Assembly (NCBI GenBank): GCA_964389625.1
Contig: CAYMEF010000003.1
Span: forward strand, 1-60,401
Source of the DNA: an uncultured Thermoplasmatales archaeon
Lineage (GTDB): Archaea; Thermoplasmatota; Thermoplasmata; Thermoplasmatales; GCA-001856825
DNA: 60,401 nucleotides
Direction of reading: 5' to 3'
Below the pieces are notes generated by a model that saw nothing but the letters and a program-made list of their open reading frames with translations, made no database searches and was not told the origin of the DNA. Shown one piece after another: positions 28,907 to 38,954 of this stretch. Both the position numbers and the translations under genes were made by a program. Numbering within the stretch: position 1 is the stretch's first letter; the number at the start of each line of letters is the position of its first letter.

Positions 28907-30759
28907 ACCTCTATCCCAAGTTCCAGCAGAACCCTGTCTGCGGGTTTGCCGTCCCTTTCAATTCCCACCTCTACCAGGTATTCACTCCTGAGCGTATTGT
29001 AATCGACAGTTACCCCCTTAGTTGGGCCTCCTTGGAGCGGAGGGTTTCCGATCACCCTTCCGGGCGCCTCTACATCCCACGCGTTCACCCCAGCCTTGTA
29101 GTTGAAAAGATATCTGGTGACCTGTATCCTCTTTCCTGCATCCATTAGTTCGTCCGCCGTCAAATCCCACCCCATGACTGCCTTGAAGAGCCTCAGGTAT
29201 GGATAGCTGTTGGGCCATACGGCAGTAGAGAATTGACACATACCTGTCGAGTTCATGATTTGCATGCCGTAGACGGATAATGCCTGCATCTTTCCCTTCC
29301 CGGAGTATTCGTACCTTTCGATCTTTCTTCCTGACCACCCTTCGTATTCGAAAGGAAGTGTGAGCTTCCCCCCTTCATCGAAGCCGATACCTCCCGCGGT
29401 ATGCCGTCCAGGCGTTGGATCGGTCATATAGGTCGTTGCCAGGCTTGGCATTAGTTTCGGATCGTGCATCGGCAGGTCCTGGCCATGAATGTGCATCGCA
29501 AAGATTTCACTCCCCTTCCCTATCGCTTCAGCCGCTCTAGCCGCCCCATTGCAGAGCAGGGAACCAATTCCTTCTCCGCTAGCGATCTTCCCTACCAGTT
29601 TTATCATAGCATCCCCGTCCCCAAAACCTAACCTGAACCCAACTTCTCTTTCCGTCAGGATTCCCCTCTCGAAGCATTCGTTCGCGAAGGCGATTACTGC
29701 GCCGGTCGAAATGATGTCCAGTCCCTCCCTGTTGCAGAGTTCAAATGCCATGGCAACTGCATCTAGATCCGATACGAGGTTCAGTCCGCCGAACGCACCG
29801 GTTCCTTCGTATTCCAGCCTGTGACCTTCGAGTGGACCGTACTTTGTGTTTCTTTTGACGTGGCCGCCGCAAGCCAGAGTGCACTGTGCGCACCCATATG
29901 ATCGCAGCTTGTCTTTTGCAATTTCCTTTTCGTTTATCCTGGCCGCACTATCCTCTCCGTAGTCCACTAGACCAACTCCACTCCAGTTCTTGATCGGAGT
30001 GTCGCCGTTCAAGTGCCCCGACTCGGTGATCTCGGTGGTACCGTATAACTGCCACGGTCTAGCCAGCTCAATATTCTTGCCGAACAGGACCTGTATGTCC
30101 CTGTTAGTCAGCCTGAGCATCTCAGCATCAGCAGGTTCACTCCTTTTCGTACCCCTGGTTATAATCCCCTTCAGCTTTTTTGAGCCCATCACAGCACCTA
30201 GTCCAGAGCGTCCGGCAGCCCGTCCATAGTCGTTCATGATTGAGGCCATTAGCATCTTCTTTTCACCGGGTACCCCTATGACCAGCGCCTGACCTTTCGG
30301 TTCGATCTTCTTCAGGTAGTCTTCTGTTTCGTATGCATTCTTCCCCCACACTTCATTCGCGTCTTCGAGGGAATAAACACCATCCACCAGTTTGAGGAAC
30401 ACGGACTTGTTGGATATCCCTTTGAAGAACACCGCATCGAATCCGGAGTTCTTGAGCTCTGGTCCGAATTTCCCACCACAGTTAGCGTCCCCCCAGGTTC
30501 CGGTGTAGGGGGACTTTGCAACCACCTCAAATCTCCCCCCGAGCGGAACGGAGTGACTGTTGAATACACCCGTAATCACACCAAATATGTTGTCTGGTCC
30601 CAGGGGGTCCTCCTTCCCATTCATCTCTCTGTTCAGAATGTAGACGCCGAGTCCATACCCGGTGAGGTATTTCCTGTAGATCTCTTCCGGAATCTGTTCT
30701 TCCTTAAAGCTGGAATCGCTAAGATTCACCCACAATATCCTGCCATTTACTCCAAACAC
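28903..30759 (-). CDS. aor: Aldehyde:ferredoxin oxidoreductase family (tungstopterin) enzyme
   Basis: GRILWVNLS, KSPYTG..GDAN.GG, AAGRSGLGAVMGSKKLK, CAQCTLAC, EYE, GLDIISTG, HDP, GMC.F. Confidence 0.93.
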   Translation of the reverse strand: MFGVNGRILWVNLSDSSFKEEQIPEEIYRKYLTGYGLGVYILNREMNGKEDPLGPDNIFGVITGVFNSHSVPLGGRFEVVAKSPYTGTWGDANCGGKFGPELKNSGFDAVFFKGISNKSVFLKLVDGVYSLEDANEVWGKNAYETEDYLKKIEPKGQALVIGVPGEKKMLMASIMNDYGRAAGRSGLGAVMGSKKLKGIITRGTKRSEPADAEMLRLTNRDIQVLFGKNIELARPWQLYGTTEITESGHLNGDTPIKNWSGVGLVDYGEDSAARINEKEIAKDKLRSYGCAQCTLACGGHVKRNTKYGPLEGHRLEYEGTGAFGGLNLVSDLDAVAMAFELCNREGLDIISTGAVIAFANECFERGILTEREVGFRLGFGDGDAMIKLVGKIASGEGIGSLLCNGAARAAEAIGKGSEIFAMHIHGQDLPMHDPKLMPSLATTYMTDPTPGRHTAGGIGFDEGGKLTLPFEYEGWSGRKIERYEYSGKGKMQALSVYGMQIMNSTGMCQFSTAVWPNSYPYLRLFKAVMGWDLTADELMDAGKRIQVTRYLFNYKAGVNAWDVEAPGRVIGNPPLQGGPTKGVTVDYNTLRSEYLVEVGIERDGKPADRVLLELGIEV

Positions 30760-30819
30760 GAATAGACTATTGGAGATACTGTATATTTAATTTCCTAACC
30801 TTTTCACAGTTTATACGGT

Positions 30820-31179
30820 GGAAATGCTGATGAAATGCTCTCTTCCATTTCAGGGAAGTCCGTTCCGTTCAATTCGTCCAGCTAATCGTAGAACTTGGAT
30901 GTGGAAGTGCTTTCAGCGCAGACGATTTCGAGCAAGTCCGTGTTACTCAACAACTCCTCCGTCCCGTTTATCGATGATCTATATTTCCATGTGCCTCTCA
31001 ACTGCATTGATCCTGACGGATGAGGAGCTTATTCTCCTCACGGGCTTTCCCTCAACTTCCTTACCTATGTACTTTATGACCTTCTGCCTCGTTTTACCGT
31101 TTTCCCACACATGTTTCACCTCTGCAAGGTGTGTACCTGATGGTTTCTTCGACTTCCTTATGAATGATGGTATGTACAT
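30820..31179 (-). pseudogene. IS1634-family transposase N-terminal relic
   Basis: SFIRKSKKPSGTHLAEVKHVWENGKTRQKVIKYIGKEVEGKPVRR resembles IS1634 N-termini. After a break it continues TEELLSNTDLLEIV...STSKFYD*LDEL with a stop; no DDE domain. Confidence 0.7.
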
Positions 31180-31367
31180 TCATACATAAAGTGCTGGTAA
31201 CCTTACCACTCTAAATCGGTGGGCCCAACGGAATTCAGAGAGATTGTGAATAAAATAGGGGAAAAAATTAGGAAATTTGCCGACGGATATGTATCCTTGA
31301 CGCACATTTACCAACGCGTGCTCGGAAGGGAATACAATCTTTTATATCACCTTAAAATTCTGCCTAC

Positions 31368-32591
31368 GTGTCAAGTAAACTAATTGCAATCATTCTCGCG
31401 TTGGTTCTCGTTGTAGGAGTCGGAGTTGGTTTTGCGGTGGGGCACTTCACTAGTGCTCTGCCAGAGAAAATGCTCCCTGTAACTGTTTTTGCAGCTGGTT
31501 CATTGACTTCTGTACTGGGAACTGACTTCTATCCACAGTTTGAGAACTATACTGGCATTAATGTCGCTCCCACTTTTGGAGGGTCAGTCTCGGGTGCAAG
31601 CGAAGTGGACACGGGGGCGCCATACGACGTCTACATATCTGCGGCTGCAGGAGTGATACCTCAGTACATGTTCCCAAACAAGACCGCAAACTGGATGGTC
31701 ATTTTTGCCTCTAACGAGATGGCGATTACGTGGCTCAACAGCAGCCTTAACATTTCAACCCCCTACTGGTTCGAGAGCCTCACCTCACCGGGCATAAAGG
31801 TGGGCGTGTCAAACGCAAGCCTGGACCCGAGCGGTTTTCAGGCGATTGAAATGATAAAACTAGCCGGTCTGCTTTACACGCAATACAACAACACGACTCA
31901 GCTCGGAAAGAGCGGCAAGACGATAGGTCAGTTCGTCAGAGATGCGTGGAACAACGATTCCGGCCTTTACGGGAAGTACAACAAAGCATGGAACGGTTGG
32001 TTTGGCCCGAATGGTACTCTTGACAAGGACGGCATGGGAAATGGTTACCCCGCAAATTACTCCCTCGCACTGTACTATCAGATGTTCAACTATTCCTACA
32101 GGCACGGCGACCTTGTTCCCACGACAGAGGAGTACGGACTGGACGCCTACCTCAAGACTGGAGCAGTGGACTATGCGCTTACCTATAGATCTCAGGCGAT
32201 TAACCAGAAACTTTACTACTTTCAGAACGCCAATGGTGGTAACGGTCTTTCCGGCTGGATCAATCTCGGGAACACTAGCGGCGCTGAGGTAGAATTCTAT
32301 GGAGCTGTTACTACGGCTGGGCCCGGATACAGCAACATAGGCGATTTCCCGGGCGGACCCATACTATACTCTGCAACCATCGTGAGTTCCTCAAAGAACA
32401 CCAACGAGGCACAACAGCTCATCTATTATCTTATAACCAGCCTTGGAGACTCCCTGCTGAAAAAGTCGGACTTCAATCCGATAGGCACTCCCTACTTATA
32501 CTCTCTAGTTTCCGGGTCACCTTCCTTCCTGAACGGAATCACGGTTCCGATACCTAGTTATATGCCGACATCATCTTACAAAGAAGTATGA
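31368..32591 (+). CDS. wtpA: Tungstate/molybdate ABC transporter substrate-binding protein (WtpA-like)
   Basis: N-terminal anchor, VFAAGSL, FGGS, DVYISA, FASNEM, DPSGFQ, DYALTYRSQA, PILYSATI; many sequons. Confidence 0.82.
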   Translation: MSSKLIAIILALVLVVGVGVGFAVGHFTSALPEKMLPVTVFAAGSLTSVLGTDFYPQFENYTGINVAPTFGGSVSGASEVDTGAPYDVYISAAAGVIPQYMFPNKTANWMVIFASNEMAITWLNSSLNISTPYWFESLTSPGIKVGVSNASLDPSGFQAIEMIKLAGLLYTQYNNTTQLGKSGKTIGQFVRDAWNNDSGLYGKYNKAWNGWFGPNGTLDKDGMGNGYPANYSLALYYQMFNYSYRHGDLVPTTEEYGLDAYLKTGAVDYALTYRSQAINQKLYYFQNANGGNGLSGWINLGNTSGAEVEFYGAVTTAGPGYSNIGDFPGGPILYSATIVSSSKNTNEAQQLIYYLITSLGDSLLKKSDFNPIGTPYLYSLVSGSPSFLNGITVPIPSYMPTSSYKEV

Positions 32592-33379
32592 GGAGGAGTA
32601 ATTCACTTTACTATCTGTTTCTTCCTTTTTTTGCAATCTATATCCTTTTTCTCATTATTCCAATATTTAGGACCCTAACGTTTCAGAGTCTTTCTTATAT
32701 CATGAGGGATACCTCCTCTGGTATACTTCAGAGCCTGGAATACACCTATCTGCTGGCTCTCGTTGTTTCGCTGATCTCAATTGGGTTCTCGATCCCCTAC
32801 GTCTACTTTGTCTCCCGGAACAGGCACATTGTTGTAAGGTCTCTCGATGCACTCTTGGAACTACCCATAATGATACCCCATACGGTAGTCGGAATAATGA
32901 TGCTCATAACTTTCCTCCCCACGATGCCGATCGGTAAGTTGATTTCAAGCATATTCCCTAGTTATCAATTTCTAGATACCGTACTGGCAGTCGTGGTGAC
33001 GCTCTTGTTCCTATCGTCAGCTTATGCAATAAGGGCAGTCCAGATATCGTACTCCAGTGCAGTTATGAAATACGAAGACATAGGTCGTACCCTCGGTATG
33101 TCTCCGTTCTACAGTTATCTCGTAATCGGAATCCCAATGATGGGAAGAGCGTTGCTTCGGGGCCTGGTCCTCTCTTGGGCTCGGTCAATATCGGAGGTTG
33201 GCAGTCTCCTGATAGTCGCATTTTCTATTCTTCCGAGTGGGATACATATTGCAGGTGTATTGATCTTTTACCAGTTTACTTCAGGGAGCCTCACCTATGC
33301 GGTAGCCTCTTCAGTCATCCTGATATTCACAGGTCTGGTCACGCTGTTGGTGATAAAGGTTCTGGAGCGCGAAAGATGA
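32588..33379 (+). CDS. wtpB: Tungstate/molybdate ABC permease
   Basis: LPIMIPHTVVG, YEDIGRTLG (EAA loop), WARSISEVG. Confidence 0.88.
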   Translation: MRRSNSLYYLFLPFFAIYILFLIIPIFRTLTFQSLSYIMRDTSSGILQSLEYTYLLALVVSLISIGFSIPYVYFVSRNRHIVVRSLDALLELPIMIPHTVVGIMMLITFLPTMPIGKLISSIFPSYQFLDTVLAVVVTLLFLSSAYAIRAVQISYSSAVMKYEDIGRTLGMSPFYSYLVIGIPMMGRALLRGLVLSWARSISEVGSLLIVAFSILPSGIHIAGVLIFYQFTSGSLTYAVASSVILIFTGLVTLLVIKVLERER

Positions 33380-34269
33380 TCCGCCTCAGAAACTATGGGG
33401 TTAAAAGGGGTGAATTTACCATAGACATTCCGGAGCTTAACTTAGTTGGAAGGAGGAACTTCATCATCGGGAAGAACGGTTCTGGAAAGACAACAATTCT
33501 GCAGTCTCTGGCGGGTCTGATAGAGAGCTCCGGGGTCTTTGAAGTAAATGGTGTCGACCTGTCGGAATTGCCTCCGGAGCGAAGAAGGGTGGGATACTTG
33601 CCTCAGGATCTGCTGCTATTTGGTAACATGACAGTTGATAACAACCTGAAATCGTCGATAAAGTACGGTAGGGGGAAAACGAGCATCTACGCGGAACTAG
33701 TTGCAAGGATGGATCTAACCAAGCTCCTGAAGAAGAGAACTGGCGACATCTCATTCGGGCAGGCACAGAGGGTAGCGATAGCGAGGGCCATAATATCCAA
33801 CCCCGCGGTACTCTTAATGGACGAGCCCTTTTCCTTTCAGGACGAGATATCAAGGCTTGGGCTCATAAGTCTTATCGATGAATTGTCTACAAAATACGAC
33901 TTCGATTATCTATATGCGACTCACAACTCCAGGGACCTCGAAACCGGTTTTTCCAGTCTGGTCTCGATAGATGGAGGACGAGTGATCGAGGCAGTCGAAT
34001 CTGTATCTATGATCCAACACTACAGAACCCTATCACTGCTCGACTATAGGAACCTCGTCTCCATCGATGGCCACTACTACGTGATAAACTGGGGTGCAAT
34101 GGAGTTCAGCGATACCGAGGGAAGCGAGTACGATATCGTGGGAATAGAGCCAAACAAGTATCTGAGGTTCAAGATAGGAGATAACTACCACTTTTCTACC
34201 CTGGCAGATTCGCCCACTGGGAGGTTTGTTAGAGTGAACACAGAGAAGGCCAGGGAGATCGTCTTTTAG
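33376..34269 (+). CDS. wtpC: Tungstate/molybdate ABC ATPase
   Basis: GKNGSGKTT, LPPERRRVGYLPQ, LLMDEPF, THN. Start at ATG 33376 (ATGA overlap with the permease stop). Confidence 0.88.
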   Translation: MIRLRNYGVKRGEFTIDIPELNLVGRRNFIIGKNGSGKTTILQSLAGLIESSGVFEVNGVDLSELPPERRRVGYLPQDLLLFGNMTVDNNLKSSIKYGRGKTSIYAELVARMDLTKLLKKRTGDISFGQAQRVAIARAIISNPAVLLMDEPFSFQDEISRLGLISLIDELSTKYDFDYLYATHNSRDLETGFSSLVSIDGGRVIEAVESVSMIQHYRTLSLLDYRNLVSIDGHYYVINWGAMEFSDTEGSEYDIVGIEPNKYLRFKIGDNYHFSTLADSPTGRFVRVNTEKAREIVF

Positions 34270-34302
34270 CAAACGTTTTAGGATTGCATTCAATTTTTGT
34301 GC

Positions 34303-35496
34303 ATGGAGCTGAGATCGTTCATCGACCTCGATGAAGCAATAAGTATGGGGGCGAAATACAGACCAAAATTGAAGAGCAAGAAAGTTCCCGCCCTTGAAGC
34401 GGTTGGTAAATTTTCTTCCAGCGATGTCGAGTCGCCCTCGGACTTTCCACCACACGATCGGAGTGCGATGGACGGCTACGCCCTCAGTTCCTCCGAAACT
34501 ATCTCGTCGAGCAGGACCAATCCTTCCCACTTTAGTGTTATAGGAAGGTTCTATCCTTCATCCAGAGTGCTCCCGTCTATCAGGAAGGGAGAGGCAGCTA
34601 GTGTAACGACTGGGTCTAAGATTCCACGAGGGGCAGATTCTGTAGCGATGTTGGAAGAAACAAACGAAGACGAGAATGGTGTGAGCGTGTACGCACCAGT
34701 AAGGAAGTTCCAGAACGTTAGTAGGACGGGCGAAGATCTGAAGAAGGGATACCGCATCCTGAAGCGTGGTGCCTCAATAAGTCCGCCCCACGTTTCTGCC
34801 CTCCTGGAGTGCGGGATGAAGAGGGTAGGAGTAATATCACTCTCAATAGGGGTGATATCCACTGGAGACGAACTCGTCGAGGGGTTGATTAGAAACTCAA
34901 CTCAACCAATGTTGATGGCCTACTTCCAAAGAAAGGGATTTGAAACAGTTGGGCATGAACCAGTGAGAGATCGGGAATCTGAGATAGAGACTGCCCTCGC
35001 TAGGATCCCAGAGGACATAATCATAGCCACAGGGGGAACGGGTCCTGGAGAGAGCGACCTACTGCCTTCCGTGATCCAAGGGAATGGGGGGATCGTGTTC
35101 AGGGGCCTCAAGATAAGACCGGGAAGAACTACTTCTTTTGGCGTGTTCAGGGGCAAACCCGTCTTCATGGTATCGGGTCTCCCAGTTGCCGCTCTAATCG
35201 CGTCGGAGAACTTCATACTCAGAGTGATATCCAAATGGTTCGGATTGGTGTTAGGGGAGAAGGAGTACAGGGAGGGGATTCTTGGGAGGAGCGTTGTGAA
35301 CACTCTTGGCTTCAGGAGCTTCGTCAGAGTCAAGGTTCAAAATGAAGCAAGTGGGACAGTGGTCTATCCGTCTAGGGTTACTGGGTCAGGGGTCATTTAC
35401 TCAATGATAGACGCCGACGGAATCCTCGTAATCGACGAAAATTCTGAAGGGATACAGGAGGGGGAAAGAGTGACATACGAAGTGATTAGGTGGTGA
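34303..35496 (+). CDS. moeA: Molybdopterin molybdotransferase MoeA
   Basis: PPHDRSAMDGYA, TG..IP.GADSV, STGDEL, TGGTG.G..D, IRPG, GLP. Confidence 0.93.
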   Translation: MELRSFIDLDEAISMGAKYRPKLKSKKVPALEAVGKFSSSDVESPSDFPPHDRSAMDGYALSSSETISSSRTNPSHFSVIGRFYPSSRVLPSIRKGEAASVTTGSKIPRGADSVAMLEETNEDENGVSVYAPVRKFQNVSRTGEDLKKGYRILKRGASISPPHVSALLECGMKRVGVISLSIGVISTGDELVEGLIRNSTQPMLMAYFQRKGFETVGHEPVRDRESEIETALARIPEDIIIATGGTGPGESDLLPSVIQGNGGIVFRGLKIRPGRTTSFGVFRGKPVFMVSGLPVAALIASENFILRVISKWFGLVLGEKEYREGILGRSVVNTLGFRSFVRVKVQNEASGTVVYPSRVTGSGVIYSMIDADGILVIDENSEGIQEGERVTYEVIRW

Positions 35497-35497
35497 G

Positions 35498-37393
35498 ATG
35501 GTAAAGGTATTCCACTCTCTGAAGACTGCGGATGAAGCAAGACAACTACTCTCTATAAGTCTAGGTGCTAGAATAACCGACGGTCTAGTGACCATCTCCG
35601 ATGCTGCAGGTTACGTATCTTCTGAAGATATTTTTTCTGCAAATGACGTTCCGCCTTTCGATAGGTCCGAGGTCGACGGTTATGCACTGAGCTACAGATC
35701 AATAGGCGGTGCAGATGAGGACAACCCGGTCGAGCTTAAGGTCGCCCGGGAGATAGAGATCGGGAAGAGGCCGGACATTGAAGTAAAGGAGGGAGAAGCA
35801 GCCTACATATCCACGGGATCGATGATACCCAGAGGGGCCGATTCAGTGGTAATGGTTGAGTATACGTCGAGAAGCGGTGAAAAGGTCAGCATTTTCAGAT
35901 CAGTGAGTCCGGGTGAAAATATTGCTCATGCGGGCTCAGATTTTTTTGTCAGCGAATATCTTGCAAGAAGAGGAAACATGATAACTCCCGAGGGAGTTGC
36001 ACTTCTCGCTTCTTCTGGTATCTCCAGAGTGAAAGTGAAGAACAAAATTAGGGTCGGGATCGTTTCAATAGGCAACGAACTTACTATCCCGGGGAAACGC
36101 CTTAAGCTGGGTAAAATCTTTGACAGCAATTCGTACTATTTCAAGTCGACACTCGAGAGGACTGGACTCACTCAGTGCGAGCTCCTAGGAACGTTGCCAG
36201 ACGAAAGGGAAGAGATAGAGGAGTTTGTCAGAGATAGTACCAGTAGATACGATCTGCTTGTATCTTCTGGCTCAACCTCTGCAGGTTTCCACGACATTCT
36301 CTACAGGGTAATCGAAGACCTTGGTGGGGAAATGCTTTTCCACGGTCTATCTATCAAACCCGGCAAGCCCACTTTTGCAGCCACCTTCGAAAAATGTGTA
36401 TTTTTGGGTATGCCTGGTTTCCCACTCTCCGCAGGAGCCGTACTGAGGTACATAGTTGTGCCGGCATTAAAGTCAGCATATGGGCAGCAGGACGATGCAT
36501 TGGAATACGTCTCACTGCCTTTTCGGATTAATGCTGAAAGGGGGAAAGACCACATCTTGCCAGCGATAATTGGTAGAAGTGGAAGAGCCTTTCCGATATT
36601 CGGGGAGTCGGGTTCCATCAGCCGACTTGCGTATGCGGACGGGTTCATATTGCTCGAACACTCAAGGAACTACTACGAAAGGGACGAGCCCGTTCCGTTC
36701 TTTCCACTGGAGAAGGGAAAGCGAGAGATCCTCTTCATAGGCTCAAACGATCCCATGATGGAGCGAATACTGTTCGAATCTGTCAAGTTCCCAACGATCA
36801 TCAATGCGGGTTCCTGGGGGGGATTCGAGGCGGCGAAGATCGGCGAGGCAGACGTTTCAGGTGTTCACCTGCTCAAGAATGGGGAGTACAATAAGTTCTT
36901 GCTGAAGGAAAGCGGAGGGGGGAATCTGGTTTTGGTTAGGGGCTTCTCAAGGGCGCAGGGGCTTGTGTCAAGAACTGGCATACATTCGTTCCATCAGATC
37001 AGAGATAAGGATCTCTTGTTCGTTAACAGGAACAGGGGCTCAGGAACTCGTGATCTCATTGAGATCGAGATTGAAAAGGAGCTCGGCCCAAATTTCGATA
37101 GAGATAGAATCAGAGGGTATCGCTGGGAGGCAAAGAGCCATGCGGCGGTCGCAAATGCGGTGAAGCAGGAACGAGGGGACGCGGGGGTCTCGATAGAATT
37201 TTATGCGAAGAGGTTGAATCTTAAGTTTCACAAGATAAGGGATGAAAACTACGATCTCCTCATGCAGAGAAGCTTCTACGAATCGGAAGTGGGTGGACTT
37301 CTAGTAAAACAACTAAGAGGTTCCAGGAAGTACTCGAAGGAATTTCCGGGATATAGCATTCCTAGTAATGTTGGCGATTTAATCCAATCGTGA
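35498..37393 (+). CDS. moeA: MoeA fused to a C-terminal PBP/LysR-type substrate-binding domain
   Basis: PPFDRSEVDGYA, SGSTSAG, IKPGKP, GMPGFP; C-terminal IGSND, GSWGG, GVHLL, NRNRGSGTR, ENYD. Confidence 0.92.
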   Translation: MVKVFHSLKTADEARQLLSISLGARITDGLVTISDAAGYVSSEDIFSANDVPPFDRSEVDGYALSYRSIGGADEDNPVELKVAREIEIGKRPDIEVKEGEAAYISTGSMIPRGADSVVMVEYTSRSGEKVSIFRSVSPGENIAHAGSDFFVSEYLARRGNMITPEGVALLASSGISRVKVKNKIRVGIVSIGNELTIPGKRLKLGKIFDSNSYYFKSTLERTGLTQCELLGTLPDEREEIEEFVRDSTSRYDLLVSSGSTSAGFHDILYRVIEDLGGEMLFHGLSIKPGKPTFAATFEKCVFLGMPGFPLSAGAVLRYIVVPALKSAYGQQDDALEYVSLPFRINAERGKDHILPAIIGRSGRAFPIFGESGSISRLAYADGFILLEHSRNYYERDEPVPFFPLEKGKREILFIGSNDPMMERILFESVKFPTIINAGSWGGFEAAKIGEADVSGVHLLKNGEYNKFLLKESGGGNLVLVRGFSRAQGLVSRTGIHSFHQIRDKDLLFVNRNRGSGTRDLIEIEIEKELGPNFDRDRIRGYRWEAKSHAAVANAVKQERGDAGVSIEFYAKRLNLKFHKIRDENYDLLMQRSFYESEVGGLLVKQLRGSRKYSKEFPGYSIPSNVGDLIQS

Positions 37394-37455
37394 AGCGTTG
37401 AAATTACATTCTCTCGACTAGAAAAAGTGATAAACTCAGAGAGGTTCTCCATCAA

Positions 37456-38295
37456 ATGTTCGAGAACATTGATGGCAGACTGGACATGAGCCTGTTCATG
37501 TCTACCTCTTTGAAAAACATCGACAGCTCCTTCTTTTCAGGAACAGAATCGGTACCAATGAGTTTGCACCTTCACAAGGGAGAAACTGCGATCAACTTCT
37601 TCATAGAAAGAGGGTCCAAATATAGCACTGAACTGATGAAGTACTACAGCCACATCGTAATAGGGGACTACATAATGGTAACTAAGAAGGTTGAACTACC
37701 TGTCGTAAGAGTACTCTACGAGAACATCTCTTCTATAGGGACGATGGTTTTTGGAGGTCTCTACGCAAAGGGCGAAGACCTCATGATCGATTACAGGTTT
37801 CATAATTCTGACAGATCCAAGGTCGCTGAAATCGTGAAACTCCTGGTCTCTTTGAACACGGAATTCAAGATCGGAGGAATGGGAAAATCGAAAGGACTCA
37901 GGGACAAGCTCTCCGAGATCGCATCAAGGTTGCCCCTGACTGCAGTCAGGTTCGGATACAGGGACGGCGGTTCTGAGAACCAAATACTGGAATGGAGGGG
38001 AGCATCGGACCCGTACGGAGCAGTCTCTTTTGGCGAAGATGGGAAAGGCAAGATCGCAAAATTGGACATATCCAAATCGGTTATCGCTCCATTCCTTCGA
38101 TCGATACTGAAGGACCAGATTCAACCGGCCGGCTATTTCGAGGAGCATATCAAGGGTAGGGTGCACGCTCTTTCTATACTTCCATCATTTCTGGTGAAAC
38201 CGTTCCTTCTCCGAATGTTTGATAAGGCGGAGTCATCGGGTGGTATCGAGATCGAGAGCATTGAACCATTTGAAGAAGTCAGAGAAAGTCTGTAA
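37456..38295 (+). CDS. Hypothetical soluble protein, probable paralog of 8307..9245
   Basis: 279 aa ATG ORF with YRFHNS motif; similar length and pattern to 8307..9245. Confidence 0.7.
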   Translation: MFENIDGRLDMSLFMSTSLKNIDSSFFSGTESVPMSLHLHKGETAINFFIERGSKYSTELMKYYSHIVIGDYIMVTKKVELPVVRVLYENISSIGTMVFGGLYAKGEDLMIDYRFHNSDRSKVAEIVKLLVSLNTEFKIGGMGKSKGLRDKLSEIASRLPLTAVRFGYRDGGSENQILEWRGASDPYGAVSFGEDGKGKIAKLDISKSVIAPFLRSILKDQIQPAGYFEEHIKGRVHALSILPSFLVKPFLLRMFDKAESSGGIEIESIEPFEEVRESL

Positions 38296-38332
38296 TTCGG
38301 CTATACTGCAAATTCTGTCATCTCTATTTGTC

Positions 38333-38815
38333 TCATTCCTTGCGAATTTCGTGGTCGACGTGTCCCATTATGGAAGTTATAGTCGAAAAGGCCAAGGCAG
38401 TGGCATCGGGTGAACCCGGAACACAATATATCTGCTTTCCATCCTTGATGAAGAGGGATGCATTCGATAGGTAAGCAAATCTTTCGTGGGATTCTGATCT
38501 GAAAAGTTCACCGAACCCGACCATCTCCTTTTCAGAAATGCTCCTGATGCTCTCGATCGTCACATCTCTCCTGCTCGGCCCTGTGCCTCCAACGAACACA
38601 AAAATGTCATATTTTGCATGGGAATAGAATGAATCCAGTATCTGTTCTTCATCGTCACTGCATACAACCCTGTCAACCTCATGCGAATCATTCAGGAACA
38701 GGAGCCTCAGGTTGTTACCTGAAGTGTCTGTTTTCTCCGTTCTCGATGTTGAGACAGTGACGATCAGTATCTTGAATTTTTTATTGGATTCTTCTCTATG
38801 AACCATTCTTATCAA
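38333..38815 (-). CDS. moaB: Molybdopterin adenylyltransferase MoaB/MogA
   Basis: TVSTSR..KTDTSG, GGTG.S.RDVT.E, GFGELFR, PGSP. Confidence 0.9.
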   Translation of the reverse strand: MIRMVHREESNKKFKILIVTVSTSRTEKTDTSGNNLRLLFLNDSHEVDRVVCSDDEEQILDSFYSHAKYDIFVFVGGTGPSRRDVTIESIRSISEKEMVGFGELFRSESHERFAYLSNASLFIKDGKQIYCVPGSPDATALAFSTITSIMGHVDHEIRKE

Positions 38816-38925
38816 TCCCCTTCCCTTATCTCCCTTATGGCATCAACGGTCGTTGACTTCAGGGAGATGAAACCCTTTGCAGCTGCTTCCCTATTCACAA
38901 TTTCTCTATCACTTACATCTATCAT
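38812..38925 (-). pseudogene. Internally deleted moaC relic (37 codons)
   Basis: MIDVSDREIVNREAAAKGFISLKSTTVDAIREIREGD* aligns with the N-terminus of intact MoaC at 39965..40426 (MIDIGDKQIVKREAVASGYIKLKRTTLKAIGE); its stop overlaps the moaB TTG. Confidence 0.8.
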
Positions 38926-38954
38926 ACAAGAGGATCAACTAAAGATGAGGACGT

